A DNA stretch of 64,000 nt, taken from positions 32,001-96,000 of the forward strand of contig JBBRLX010000006.1 of NCBI GenBank assembly GCA_038231135.1. Direction: 5' to 3'. The stretch is from Candidatus Eiseniibacteriota bacterium (lineage in GTDB: Bacteria > Eisenbacteria > RBG-16-71-46). A program made the translations under genes and the position numbers. Shown here in pieces: positions 48,883 through 58,460 of the stretch. A model generated the notes under the pieces. That model had not been told where the DNA came from. It saw only the letters and a program-made list of their open reading frames with translations, and ran no database searches. Position 1 is the stretch's first letter. Each line of letters starts with the position of its first letter.

Positions 48883-48927
48883 TCTTCCCGGGTTCGAGTC
48901 CCGGCCAAAACGTGTACATTGAGCGCC

Positions 48928-49659
48928 ATGCGCCGCGTACTTCGACGGATCCTGGCTCCCCTGGCGATGCTCGCCCTCGCGACCGTCACCGCGCTCGCCG
49001 CGAGCCGTGCGGGGAAGGCGCTCGATGCGATCGCGGTGAGTCCCGAGTTCGCCCACCGTCCGGTCGATCGCATCGCGATGCTGCCGATCGCCACGTACGA
49101 CAACAGCCTCGAGGCGGAGAAGACGATCGAGCAGGCGTTCGGTCAGGCGTTCAAGAATTCGGGCTATCGCTGGCTCTCGGCCAGCGGTGTCCGTGACCTG
49201 CTGCGCTCGCGCGCCAGTGGCGGCGACTCGCTGGTGAACGCATTCCGCGGCCGGTTCCTCACGAGCGGCCGCGTCGATTCCACCGACGCCGTGCTGCTGT
49301 GTTCGTGGTTCCGGACGGGTGCCGTGATCGGCGTGCGCGTCGACCAGTGGGACCGGCAGGAAGTGGAGCCGAACCAGACCGGCAGGCCGTACACGCAGAT
49401 CGCGGCGAAGGCGACGCTGGTCGACGCCGCCGGCCGGGTGCTGTGGTCCATTTCGGGCAGCCAGCGCGGCGAGGGCACGTACAACGATCCGAATGCCACG
49501 GTCGCCGGCGTCACGTCGGGCGGGCTCGACTTCAAGCCGATCACCGCGCAGGCGGGTGCGCCGTCGTTCGCCGAGGTCGCGCTCGCGCTGTTCACGCGCT
49601 GGGCGCTCGAGCTGCCGGCGCGGGCGGCGCCGGATTCCGCCGCGGCGCCGCCGCGGTAA
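48928..49659 (+). CDS. secreted alpha/beta protein of unknown function
   Basis: Signal peptide; RIAMLP...ATLVD..GRVLW pattern reminiscent of TolB-N/CsgG-like folds. Confidence 0.6.
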   Translation: MRRVLRRILAPLAMLALATVTALAASRAGKALDAIAVSPEFAHRPVDRIAMLPIATYDNSLEAEKTIEQAFGQAFKNSGYRWLSASGVRDLLRSRASGGDSLVNAFRGRFLTSGRVDSTDAVLLCSWFRTGAVIGVRVDQWDRQEVEPNQTGRPYTQIAAKATLVDAAGRVLWSISGSQRGEGTYNDPNATVAGVTSGGLDFKPITAQAGAPSFAEVALALFTRWALELPARAAPDSAAAPPR

Positions 49660-49681
49660 CGAGGTGCGTTCCGGCCCCGGC

Positions 49682-50173
49682 ATGCTGATTCGCGACGACG
49701 AAGCCGGCATGCGCGCTGCGCTGGGCCAGGCGGAGCTGTCGGCCGAACGCGACGAAGTGCCGGTGGGCTGCGTGATCGTTCACGACGGCATCATCGTCGG
49801 CCGCGGGCACAACCTCACCGAGAGCCTGCAGGACGCCACGGCGCACGCGGAGATCGTCGCGATCGGCGCGGCGTCGAGCACGCTGGGCTCGTGGCGCCTC
49901 ACGGACTGCTCGCTGTACGTGACGCTCGAGCCGTGCGCGATGTGCGCGGGCGCCATGATCCTCGCGCGCATCGGACGCCTGGTGTACGGCGCGACCGATC
50001 CCAAGGCGGGCGCGTGCGGATCGGTGCTCGACGTGATCCACGAGCCGCGGCTCAATCATCGCGTGCGGGTCACCGCGGGCACGCTGGAGTTCGACTGCGG
50101 CGAGATCCTGCGCGAGTTCTTCCGCCGCAAGCGTGGCGGCGCCACGCCGCGCATGGACCCCGGGCAGGGCTGA
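49682..50173 (+). CDS. tadA: tRNA adenosine(34) deaminase
   Basis: EVPVG, TAHAE, TLEPCAMC, DPKAGA and FF.RKR motifs. Confidence 0.95.
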   Translation: MLIRDDEAGMRAALGQAELSAERDEVPVGCVIVHDGIIVGRGHNLTESLQDATAHAEIVAIGAASSTLGSWRLTDCSLYVTLEPCAMCAGAMILARIGRLVYGATDPKAGACGSVLDVIHEPRLNHRVRVTAGTLEFDCGEILREFFRRKRGGATPRMDPGQG

Positions 50174-50348
50174 GCCAGTGGCCGGCGGGACGCGGGTCGA
50201 GATCGTGCACACGGGCTGGGAGCACCTGCTCGATCGCGGTCCCGAGGCACGCAACGGTTACGACACCGGCCGGGGCGCCGTGCTCCCAGAATTTCACGAA
50301 GCTCTGCGCGGGAGGCACGCGATGATCGCGGCCGGGTGTCCGAAATAG
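50172..50348 (+). pseudogene. C-terminal fragment of an SRPBCC/AHSA1-domain gene
   Basis: EPVAGGTRVEIVHTGWE...YDTGRGAVL with no start codon or N-terminal half. Confidence 0.55.
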
Positions 50349-50534
50349 TTTGCACTTTGTCCGCGCCGCTTTGCTACGCTTGATGTGCAGGACACGGGGC
50401 GCCCACGAGTCCCCGCCGGCGTGATGCCGGGAAGCGCCCCGGGTGAGGTCACGCCGTCCTAACGGACGGACGCGCCGCCACCCGGCGAGGCATGCGGCGC
50501 GCCTCAAGGCCCGCCCCGCCCGTGAGAGGTCGCC

Positions 50535-51680
50535 ATGCGCCACGCGCACTGCGACGTCCGTCATCCGGTGCTGTGCATCGTTCCGCCGCACATCCTCGAG
50601 CACCTCGCGCGCCAGGCCGATCCCGAGCTGCGCGCGATCGCCCGGGCCGCACTCCAGACGCTGCTCGCCACCGAGCGCCTGCGAAGCCGCCGCGAGTCGC
50701 TCGCCGGCATTGCGCCGCCCACGGCGCCCGCCGCAGCCGAACATCGCACGATCTACGACGCGCGCCACGGCGAGTCGCTGCCGGGGCGCGAGCGGCGCGC
50801 CGAAGGCGAGGCGCCGGTGGACGACGTTTCGGCGAACGAGGCCTACGACGGCCTCGGCGCCACCTACGAACTGTTCAGCGACGCGTTCCAGCGCCGTTCG
50901 ATCGACGGCCGGGGCGGGCGGCTCGACGCGTCGATCCACTACCGGCGGCGATTCAACAACGCGTTCTGGGACGGCGGGCAGATGGTGTTCGGCGACGGAG
51001 ATGGCGTGATCTTCCAGCGGTTCACGCGGTGCGTGGACGTGATCGGGCACGAGCTCGCGCACGGAGTCACCCAGTGCGAGGCGGCGCTCGAGTATCACGA
51101 CCAGCCGGGCGCCCTGAACGAGCACTTCTCGGACGTGTTCGGCTCGCTCGTGAAGCAGTTCCGGAACGGCGACACCGCGGATACGGCCGACTGGCTGATC
51201 GGCGCGGGCCTGTTTGAGCCCGGCGTTCACGGCGCAGCCCTGCGCTCGATGAAGGCGCCAGGCACGGCGTACGACGATCCGCGCATCGGCCGCGATCCCC
51301 AGCCGGCGCACATGCGCGACTACGACGACACGTTCGACGACAGCGGCGGCGTGCACGTGAATTCGGGGATCCCGAATCATGCGTTCCAGCTCGCCGCGAC
51401 GGCGCTCGGCGGGCATGCGTGGGAGCGGGCCGGCGTCGCGTGGTACCTGGCGCTCACGGATCGTCTCGACGCGACGGCGCAGTTCACGGACGCCGCCGAA
51501 GCGACGGTGGAAGCGGCGGGAGAGCTGTTCGGCGCGGCGGCGGCGGACGCGGTGCGGGCGGCGTGGACGGCGGTCGGCGTTCCCAGTCATGCGAGCCGGC
51601 GTACGCGGCCGCGGAGGCGGATGCATGAACATTCGGGTGGTGCGGAGCGGCGGGCTCGCCGGACTCCGAAGGCAACGTGA
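50535..51680 (+). CDS. protealysin-like M4 metalloprotease
   Basis: CIVPPHIL propeptide motif; NNAFWDG, HELAHGV, GALNE and GGVHVNSGIPN motifs; no signal peptide. Confidence 0.93.
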   Translation: MRHAHCDVRHPVLCIVPPHILEHLARQADPELRAIARAALQTLLATERLRSRRESLAGIAPPTAPAAAEHRTIYDARHGESLPGRERRAEGEAPVDDVSANEAYDGLGATYELFSDAFQRRSIDGRGGRLDASIHYRRRFNNAFWDGGQMVFGDGDGVIFQRFTRCVDVIGHELAHGVTQCEAALEYHDQPGALNEHFSDVFGSLVKQFRNGDTADTADWLIGAGLFEPGVHGAALRSMKAPGTAYDDPRIGRDPQPAHMRDYDDTFDDSGGVHVNSGIPNHAFQLAATALGGHAWERAGVAWYLALTDRLDATAQFTDAAEATVEAAGELFGAAAADAVRAAWTAVGVPSHASRRTRPRRRMHEHSGGAERRARRTPKAT

Positions 51681-51930
51681 GCTCGACTCAGGCGGGCTGA
51701 GCGGAGGGGAGCGCGCGCGGCTCGAGGGTCTCGTCGACGCGGCGCGATTCTTCGAGCTGCCACACACGCTCACGCGCGGCACTCCTGACATGATCCGGTA
51801 TCGCGTCACCGTCGAGCGGGCCGGCGCGGTCCACGAGGTCGAGGTCGACGACGACCTCGCGGATTCCGCGCTGCTCGCGCTGATCGAAATCGTGCTCGAT
51901 GAACCGGGAGACCCTCACCACCGGCCGTGA
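51625..51930 (+). CDS. emfourin (protealysin inhibitor) family protein
   Basis: MNIRVVRSGGLAG...PDMIRYRVTV, directly downstream of the M4 protease; GGAGG RBS. Confidence 0.88.
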   Translation: MNIRVVRSGGLAGLRRQRELDSGGLSGGERARLEGLVDAARFFELPHTLTRGTPDMIRYRVTVERAGAVHEVEVDDDLADSALLALIEIVLDEPGDPHHRP

Positions 51931-51951
51931 CGGCTGGCCTAGGGAGGTAGC

Positions 51952-53052
51952 ATGAGTCAGTTCTTCGTCGCAAATGGCAGACGGGTGGGCGCGGACGCGT
52001 CGGCAGCGCGTTTGCCAACCGCCATGGCGGCGGTGGCGGCGCCGGCGGACGCTCCCGCCCCTGCGGAATCGCCGGCGCTGGCGGACGCACCGGGATACAG
52101 CCCGATCGGCATTGGGCAGCCGCTGAGCCTCGAAATCCTCACCGCCTACGTGGGCGACCTGCCCGCGCGATTCGGCGTCGCGGGGCGCCCCGACGTGCTG
52201 ATCGCGTCGGGGGTGCGCACGCCGGTGACGTTCGACGCCGCGCCCCGCGCGATCCACGCGATCGTGCCGCGGGTGGCGGACGGCACCCGGCTCGAGCCGT
52301 CGGCGGTGCTGCCGGGCTCGCCGGTGGTCTACGCCACGCGCGCGCTCACCGCGGGCACGCTGCTGGTGTCGTTCGAGATCGCGGCCGGCACCATCGACCG
52401 GCGCTCGATCGAACGCGTCGCCGCGCTGTTCCCGCTGGCGGCCGGACTGCCGGTGTTTGCGCCGGCGTCCATGATGCTGCTCGCGGCCGGTCGCATCCTC
52501 ACGATGGGGTCGGGGCTGCTGGCGGCGTTACTGCGGCGCGAGCCGTGCCTGAGCGCCGATCTCGACCTGCGCTTCGACACCCCCGGCATGCCGACGGTCG
52601 CAGCGGGAATGGCGGCGGTGTGCAACGACGCGGACGCCGCGGAGCTCGCGAACTGCGAACTGCGCGTGCGCGGAGCCGGCGCGGAGCAGCAGATTGTGCT
52701 CGCGCATGCCGGCGGGGGGGCTGAGTACCGCGGGCGCGCGCCCTACCTGATCGTGAGCCTCGACGGCCGCCCGCGGCCCGAGCTCGACGACTTCGCCCGC
52801 ACCTACGCGACGGCCGCCATGCTGGAAAAATTCTACCGCAAGGATCCGTCGGCCGAGGTGATCGCGCTGCTTGCCGCGGCGCTCGAACTCTACAGCGATC
52901 TCGGGTTCCGCGAGCGCGCGCAGGCGCTGGTGCGCGACATGGAGGCGATGCGCGATCGCACGCTGCCCGAATATGCGGCGGCGCGGCGCATGTACGACGC
53001 GTGCCGGGCGAACATCCACGCCGAGCCGCTGCGGCTGCCGGAGGTCGCCTGA
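51952..53052 (+). CDS. hypothetical protein
   Basis: Strong RBS GGAGGT and GC3-rich codons; no motif recognised. Confidence 0.75.
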   Translation: MSQFFVANGRRVGADASAARLPTAMAAVAAPADAPAPAESPALADAPGYSPIGIGQPLSLEILTAYVGDLPARFGVAGRPDVLIASGVRTPVTFDAAPRAIHAIVPRVADGTRLEPSAVLPGSPVVYATRALTAGTLLVSFEIAAGTIDRRSIERVAALFPLAAGLPVFAPASMMLLAAGRILTMGSGLLAALLRREPCLSADLDLRFDTPGMPTVAAGMAAVCNDADAAELANCELRVRGAGAEQQIVLAHAGGGAEYRGRAPYLIVSLDGRPRPELDDFARTYATAAMLEKFYRKDPSAEVIALLAAALELYSDLGFRERAQALVRDMEAMRDRTLPEYAAARRMYDACRANIHAEPLRLPEVA

Positions 53053-53066
53053 GCCGGTGAGCCGGA

Positions 53067-53111
53067 CCGGGGCACCGGGTGTCCGGCGCCCCGGAATCAC
53101 TCATTCATTTT
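53067..53111 (+). terminator. possible terminator
   Basis: CCGGGGC.CCGG-GTGT-CCGG.GCCCCGG hairpin followed by an AT-rich tract. Confidence 0.45.
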
Positions 53112-53204
53112 GCCCGGCCACCCGCCGATATCTGCACTATCGGGCGCACCCTCCCCTTGGGGTAAGTGTCCGCGCATGCCATCCGTACCCGCGAGAAACC
53201 GCCC

Positions 53205-55256
53205 ATGTACCCACCCCACAGTCAGTTCCGTTCCCGAGGACGGCCTGGCACGGCGCTGTATGGCCTGCGCGTCGCGGCCGTGACTTTCGTGCTATGCGCA
53301 GGACTCGCAGCCGCGGTGCGCGCCCAGACCGCGGTTCCGTATTACGCCCATACCGGCGACAGCAATGGCCAGCCGGGCGACGTGCTCGGGAGCACACTGC
53401 GCCGCAGCCTCACCGCGCCGTCCGCCGAGGGTCGCTGGGGGGATCTGCCGCAATACGGCCGCGACCTGTTCCTGCCGGGGGCCAACGCGTTCGCCCCGCC
53501 CGAGAGCGGTCCCGTCGATCCGCAGTACGTGCTCGGGCCGGGCGACGAGATCACCGTGTTCATATCGGGGTTGTCGGACACCAGCTACGCGCTCGGGATC
53601 AACCGCGAGGGCAAGGTGTTCCTGCCGCGTGTCGGCAGCACCTACCTGTGGGGGCTGTCGTATGCCGACGCCGAGAGTCTGATCGTGTCGCGCGTCGGCA
53701 GCGTGCTCCGCAACGCCAAGGTTCAGGTGTCGATGGGCCGCATGCGCACGATCGACATCTTCGTGCTCGGCCAGGTGCGCTCACCCGGCAAGCGCACGCT
53801 GTCGGGCCTCGCGACCACGTTCCACGCGCTGATCGCCGCCGGCGGGCCCACCGAACTCGGCAGCCTGCGCGACGTGCGCGTGCTGCGGTCGAACCGGGAA
53901 GTGGCGCGCTTCGACTGCTATCCGTTCCTGCTCGAGGGCGACCGATCGAACGACGTGCGCCTCGAGTCGGGCGACGTGGTGTTCGTGGGCGCCGCGCGGC
54001 CGCGCGCCGGCATCCAGGGCGCGGTGGCGCATCCCGCGGTGTACGAGATGGACGAGCCGTTCACGCTGCGCCGGCTGCTGAAGCTCGCCGGCGGCGCGAC
54101 GCCGTTCGCCGACCTCGCGCGCATCCAGATCGAACGCGTCGACGCCAACGGCGGCTTCCGGCTCCAGGATCTGCCGCTCGACCACGGCCACGGCGTCGAT
54201 CCCGACTCGCTGCTGCTGTCGGACTACGACCTCGTGACGGTGCTGGCGTTGAACGAGCGCGTGAAGAATTACGTGACGCTCGATGGCTTCGTGCGGCACC
54301 CCGGGTCCTACGAGCTGGCGCCGAACATGAAGCTGTCGACGCTCGTGGCGCGCGACCAGTTGCTGCCCGAGGCCGCGCTCGATCGCGCGGAGCTGAGGCG
54401 CCTGAACCCGGTGACGTTCGCCGTCGAAGTGCATCCATTCAGTCTGACCGACGTGCTCGCCGGCCGCACCGACATGCCGCTGCAGTCGCTCGACGCCGTG
54501 ACCGTGTTCTCGAGTGCGCGCATGCCGCGCACGATCGTGATGGAAGGCGAGCTGGCGCGCCCCGGAGCCTACACGCTGACGCCGGGCGAGCGGCTGTCGT
54601 CGGTGATCGCGCGCGCGGGCGGGCTGACCCCGATGGCGTCGCTGCGGGCCGCGGTGTTCACGCGCGCCAGCGCCGCCGCCACCGAACGCAAGGCCAGCCA
54701 GGACTTCCTGATGCGCCAGCAGGTCGAGATCGCCCGCCAGCGCGCGGACCTGGCGGCGCAGGGTGACAGCGTCAATGCCGCCGCGGTGGCGACGGCACAG
54801 ATGCAACTGCTCGCAGCGCTCGAGAAGAGCGCCAAGCCCGGCCGGGTGGTGCTCAATCTCGACGACCGGGGGCGCTGGCAGAACACGGTGCGCGATCCGG
54901 AGCTCGAGGACGGCGACCGGCTGTTCGTGCCCGAACACCCGACCACGGTCGCGGTGATCGGCAGCGTCAAGAACCCGGGCACGCTGCTCGCGCGTCCCGG
55001 CGCCTCGTCGGGCGACTACATGCGCGAGTCCGGCGGTGCGTCGCGCGAGGCCGACCTGGGCCGCAGTTACGTGCTGCGCGCGAACGGCTCGGCGCTCCGC
55101 TACCGGCCCGGCCTCAGGCTCGATGCCGGCGACGCGGTGGTGATCACGCCGCGCGGCGCCGGTACTTCGCTCGGCAAGGTTGCCGGCGCGGGCACCCGCT
55201 GGCTGCTCGACATCTCGGTGGCCGCGGCCCTCATCCTCGCCGCCACGAAGCGGTGA
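53205..55256 (+). CDS. polysaccharide export protein with multiple SLBB domains (Wza/KpsD-like)
   Basis: YVLGPGDEI, GQVRSPG, AGG...GSLRDV and repeated G.V..PG motifs. Confidence 0.9.
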   Translation: MYPPHSQFRSRGRPGTALYGLRVAAVTFVLCAGLAAAVRAQTAVPYYAHTGDSNGQPGDVLGSTLRRSLTAPSAEGRWGDLPQYGRDLFLPGANAFAPPESGPVDPQYVLGPGDEITVFISGLSDTSYALGINREGKVFLPRVGSTYLWGLSYADAESLIVSRVGSVLRNAKVQVSMGRMRTIDIFVLGQVRSPGKRTLSGLATTFHALIAAGGPTELGSLRDVRVLRSNREVARFDCYPFLLEGDRSNDVRLESGDVVFVGAARPRAGIQGAVAHPAVYEMDEPFTLRRLLKLAGGATPFADLARIQIERVDANGGFRLQDLPLDHGHGVDPDSLLLSDYDLVTVLALNERVKNYVTLDGFVRHPGSYELAPNMKLSTLVARDQLLPEAALDRAELRRLNPVTFAVEVHPFSLTDVLAGRTDMPLQSLDAVTVFSSARMPRTIVMEGELARPGAYTLTPGERLSSVIARAGGLTPMASLRAAVFTRASAAATERKASQDFLMRQQVEIARQRADLAAQGDSVNAAAVATAQMQLLAALEKSAKPGRVVLNLDDRGRWQNTVRDPELEDGDRLFVPEHPTTVAVIGSVKNPGTLLARPGASSGDYMRESGGASREADLGRSYVLRANGSALRYRPGLRLDAGDAVVITPRGAGTSLGKVAGAGTRWLLDISVAAALILAATKR

Positions 55257-56419
55257 CACCGGTGACGGACGCCCCGATGTTGCGATTCGACCTGCCGAAG
55301 ATCGCGCGGCTGGCGTGGCAACGGCGGGGCTGGCTGCTGCGGGTGAATCTCGCCGTGGCCGCGCTCGCGGTCGCCTTGGTGCTGCTGCTGCCACGCTGGT
55401 ACACCGCCTCGGTCACGCTGGTGCCCGGCTCGGACGGCTCATGGCTCGACCTGAGCGGCACCGGGGTCGGGCTCGGCAGCGCAATGTCGATGACGCTGGG
55501 TGCGCAGCCGACGCCCCAGGATCAGCTGCGCATGGTGATCAAGAGCCGAGCGCTCGCGGACTCGCTGATCCGCACCAGCCGGCTGCAGCAGCTGTGGCAC
55601 GAGAAGCAGCTGCGGCACGCCCGCGAAAAGCTCGCCGACTATACGACGGTGTCGACGCCCAAGGAGGGCCAGGTCGAGGTCGAGGTCGAAGCGCGCACGC
55701 CCCAGCTCGCGCTCGAGCTGGCGCAGAGCTATGCGAAATTCGCCGGCATGGAGACCGTGCGGCTCAAGACCAGCCTCGCCGCCCAGCGGCGCATGTATCT
55801 GGGGCAGCGGCTCGACGAGGTCGAGCGCGAGCTGGACCTGGCCGGCCAGCGGGTGCGCGCGTTCGAAGAGCTGCACCGCACGGTGAGTCTTCCCGATCAG
55901 GCGCGCGCCACGCTCGACGCCGAAGGCGCGCTGCAGGCGCAGGTGGCATTGCTCGAGACGGAGCTCGCGGCCACGCGCCGGTTCTTCACCGACAACTCGG
56001 CCGAGGTGCAGACGCTGCGCGACCGTGTGGACGAGCTGAAGCGCCAGACGCGCCGGATCGAGAACGGCGGCCAGGACGCGCTGCCCGGCAACGGTGTGCT
56101 GCCGGCGCTCAAGCAGGAGTACCTGAGGCTCACGCGCGAGCAGGCGAGTCTCGGCTCCGTCGCCGAGTTGCTGGGGCGGTTCTACGAGCAGGCGCGCGTC
56201 GAGGAATCGAACCCGGTGCCCACGTTCTCGATCCTGGACGCACCCGAGCTGCCGGAGCGGCCCTCGCGGCCGGCGCGCGGCATCACCATCGCGCTGACCT
56301 GCATGGTGGCGTTCGCCGCCTCGCTCGGCTATCTCGTGTGGCGTGAAGCACGCGCCGGCGCCGCGCCGGCACAGGAGTCCGCCGCCCCCGGAACGGACAT
56401 TTCGCGAGCCGCCGCTTGA
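55253..56419 (+). CDS. polysaccharide co-polymerase (Wzz/GumC-like, no kinase domain)
   Basis: N-terminal TM with P.WYTA, coiled coil, and ILDAPELPERPSRP before the C-terminal TM. Confidence 0.85.
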   Translation: MTPVTDAPMLRFDLPKIARLAWQRRGWLLRVNLAVAALAVALVLLLPRWYTASVTLVPGSDGSWLDLSGTGVGLGSAMSMTLGAQPTPQDQLRMVIKSRALADSLIRTSRLQQLWHEKQLRHAREKLADYTTVSTPKEGQVEVEVEARTPQLALELAQSYAKFAGMETVRLKTSLAAQRRMYLGQRLDEVERELDLAGQRVRAFEELHRTVSLPDQARATLDAEGALQAQVALLETELAATRRFFTDNSAEVQTLRDRVDELKRQTRRIENGGQDALPGNGVLPALKQEYLRLTREQASLGSVAELLGRFYEQARVEESNPVPTFSILDAPELPERPSRPARGITIALTCMVAFAASLGYLVWREARAGAAPAQESAAPGTDISRAAA

Positions 56420-57537
56420 AACACCGCGCGCGCGTCCTGTTCGAGCCGCATCTCGACCCGGCCGTGGCCACCGGCGCGCGGGACGCGATGGCGCTGTGGG
56501 TCGCGGGCGTGCTGTGGCTCGTGGTGTGCGGCGTCGTGGCGCGCCTGGACTTGACGGAACTGATGCCGGCGGCGCTCGGCGGCGCGCTGGTCCTCGCGAT
56601 CAGCGGACGCTTCCTGCTGAGTCTTGGCTGGTTCCCCGTGGCCACCGCGCTCGCGATCCTGGTCGATCCGCTGCTCGCGCAGTCCGGTGCGCGCCGCGGC
56701 AGCCTCGCGCATCTCGATCTCGTGGTGCTGGCGGTGCTCACGCTGACGGTGTCGCGGGTGATCACCGGCGGCGCGGGACGCATTCCCCGGATCCTGCGGC
56801 AGCCCTCGCTGCACCTGATCCTGGGCGCGCTGATCGTCGCCATCGCCGCGGCATCGACCGCGCACAACGGGATCGCCGAAGCCCGCGCCGTGGCCCGCGG
56901 GCTGACCGCATTCGCGGTCGGGGCGGTGATCTTCGCGCGCGCGCCGCGCGCGTCGCGGCTGTGGAGCGCGGCGGCGGTCGTGGCGTCGGCGATCATCGTG
57001 GCCGCGGCGATTGCGCTGACGGTGCACGGGATCCCGGGGCTCGCGGTGCTCGCGGTCGCGGCGGAGCGCGGCTGGCAGGCGCCCCGGGCGCTGATGCATA
57101 CGCTGCTGTTCGTGGCGCCGGTTACGATGGGATTCGCGCTCGACCGCTCGCGGCCCGTCGAGCGCGGCGGCCTGCTCGCAGTCGGCATCGCGGCACTCGC
57201 GACCGCCGAGGCGTTCGTGATCGCTCGCGGTGGCACGTGGCCGGTGTTCGCGCCGAACTTCGACCCGATTCACCTCGCCCTGCCGTATGCGCTGCTCGCC
57301 GTGGCCGTGACCGGCGCCATCGTCGTGAGCGCCGCACGTCCGCGCGAGCGCGGTTGCTGGACCGGTCTCGCGCTCGGGTTCTCGAGCCTGTTGATTGCGG
57401 ACGTGCCCTCGGCGTCGCTGTCCGCCGTGCCCGTGCTGCTGCTGAGCGCCGCCGCATTGGGCGCCGTCTCGACCGCTCTCGATCGCGAGGATCTGAGCAT
57501 GGCGGAGGATGACGTGCCGGTGGCAGAGGCGGCATGA
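56416..57537 (+). CDS. multi-pass membrane protein in the polysaccharide locus
   Basis: About 10 hydrophobic segments; coupled to both neighbours by 4-nt overlaps. Confidence 0.65.
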   Translation: MKHRARVLFEPHLDPAVATGARDAMALWVAGVLWLVVCGVVARLDLTELMPAALGGALVLAISGRFLLSLGWFPVATALAILVDPLLAQSGARRGSLAHLDLVVLAVLTLTVSRVITGGAGRIPRILRQPSLHLILGALIVAIAAASTAHNGIAEARAVARGLTAFAVGAVIFARAPRASRLWSAAAVVASAIIVAAAIALTVHGIPGLAVLAVAAERGWQAPRALMHTLLFVAPVTMGFALDRSRPVERGGLLAVGIAALATAEAFVIARGGTWPVFAPNFDPIHLALPYALLAVAVTGAIVVSAARPRERGCWTGLALGFSSLLIADVPSASLSAVPVLLLSAAALGAVSTALDREDLSMAEDDVPVAEAA

Positions 57538-58460
57538 GTGAGCCGCGCGTCTCGGTCGTGATCGTGAGCTATCGTTCACGCGAATCGCTCGCCGAATGCC
57601 TGCCTGCACTCCAGGCGTGCCGCGGGCGCGTGCCGCTCGAGGTGATCGTGGTGGACAACGCGTCCGGTGACGGCACCGAGGAATGGGTGCGCGCCACGCA
57701 TCCGTGGGTGCGGGTCATTGCCGCCGGCGCCAACGAAGGCTATTCGCGCGGGATCAATCGCGGCGTCGCCGTCGCCACCGGCGACGCGTTCCTGATCCTC
57801 AATCCGGATTGCATCGTGACGCCCGGCAGCCTCGAGAGCCTGCTGGCCGCGACCGGGCAGCGCGCCGATCTCGCGGCAGCGGCGCCGGCGCTGGCCGACG
57901 AACACGGCCGGGTGATGCGGTCCTGCGGCCGGTTCCCGTCCCTGTGGACGCTGGTGTGCGACCATCTCGGCCCGGTGCGATGGTTCCCCAACTCGCACGC
58001 GTTCGGCGGATACAAGTACGGAGAACGGTCCATGGCGTCGCTGGGCGATGTCGACTGGGCCTCGGGAGCAGCATTGCTGGTGCCGCGCACCGCATGGGAG
58101 CGCACCGGGCCGTTCGACGGCAACATCTTCATGTACATGGAAGAAGTCGACTGGTGCCGCCGCGCCGCGACCGCCGGATTGCGGGTGCAGTACGTGCCCG
58201 CGGCGACGATCGTTCATTACGGGCAGCGCTCGTCCTCGCTGGTGCCGGGCGCGACCTACCTGCACAACCTGCGGGCGCGGGTGTACTACTTCCGCAAGCA
58301 CCACGGGCGGCTCGCGGCGGGGTGCGCGCAACTGGTGCTGATCGCGAGTCTGCTCGGCAAGTGGAGCGTGACCGCGCTGCGCGGCGGGCTCGGGCACGCG
58401 CACGTGTATGCGCTCGGCCTCCGGGCCGTGTGGGAACCGCCGCAGGAGCGACCGATATGA
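57534..58460 (+). CDS. GT2 glycosyltransferase (WbbL-like)
   Basis: VVDNASGDG, LNPD, SGAALL and FMYMEEVDWC motifs. Confidence 0.9.
   Translation: MSEPRVSVVIVSYRSRESLAECLPALQACRGRVPLEVIVVDNASGDGTEEWVRATHPWVRVIAAGANEGYSRGINRGVAVATGDAFLILNPDCIVTPGSLESLLAATGQRADLAAAAPALADEHGRVMRSCGRFPSLWTLVCDHLGPVRWFPNSHAFGGYKYGERSMASLGDVDWASGAALLVPRTAWERTGPFDGNIFMYMEEVDWCRRAATAGLRVQYVPAATIVHYGQRSSSLVPGATYLHNLRARVYYFRKHHGRLAAGCAQLVLIASLLGKWSVTALRGGLGHAHVYALGLRAVWEPPQERPI

Noticed and set aside
50386..50534. SRP RNA (ffs), which often lies near tadA
   Set aside because: The conserved helix-8 motif (CAGG...GGAA...AGCAG) was not found.
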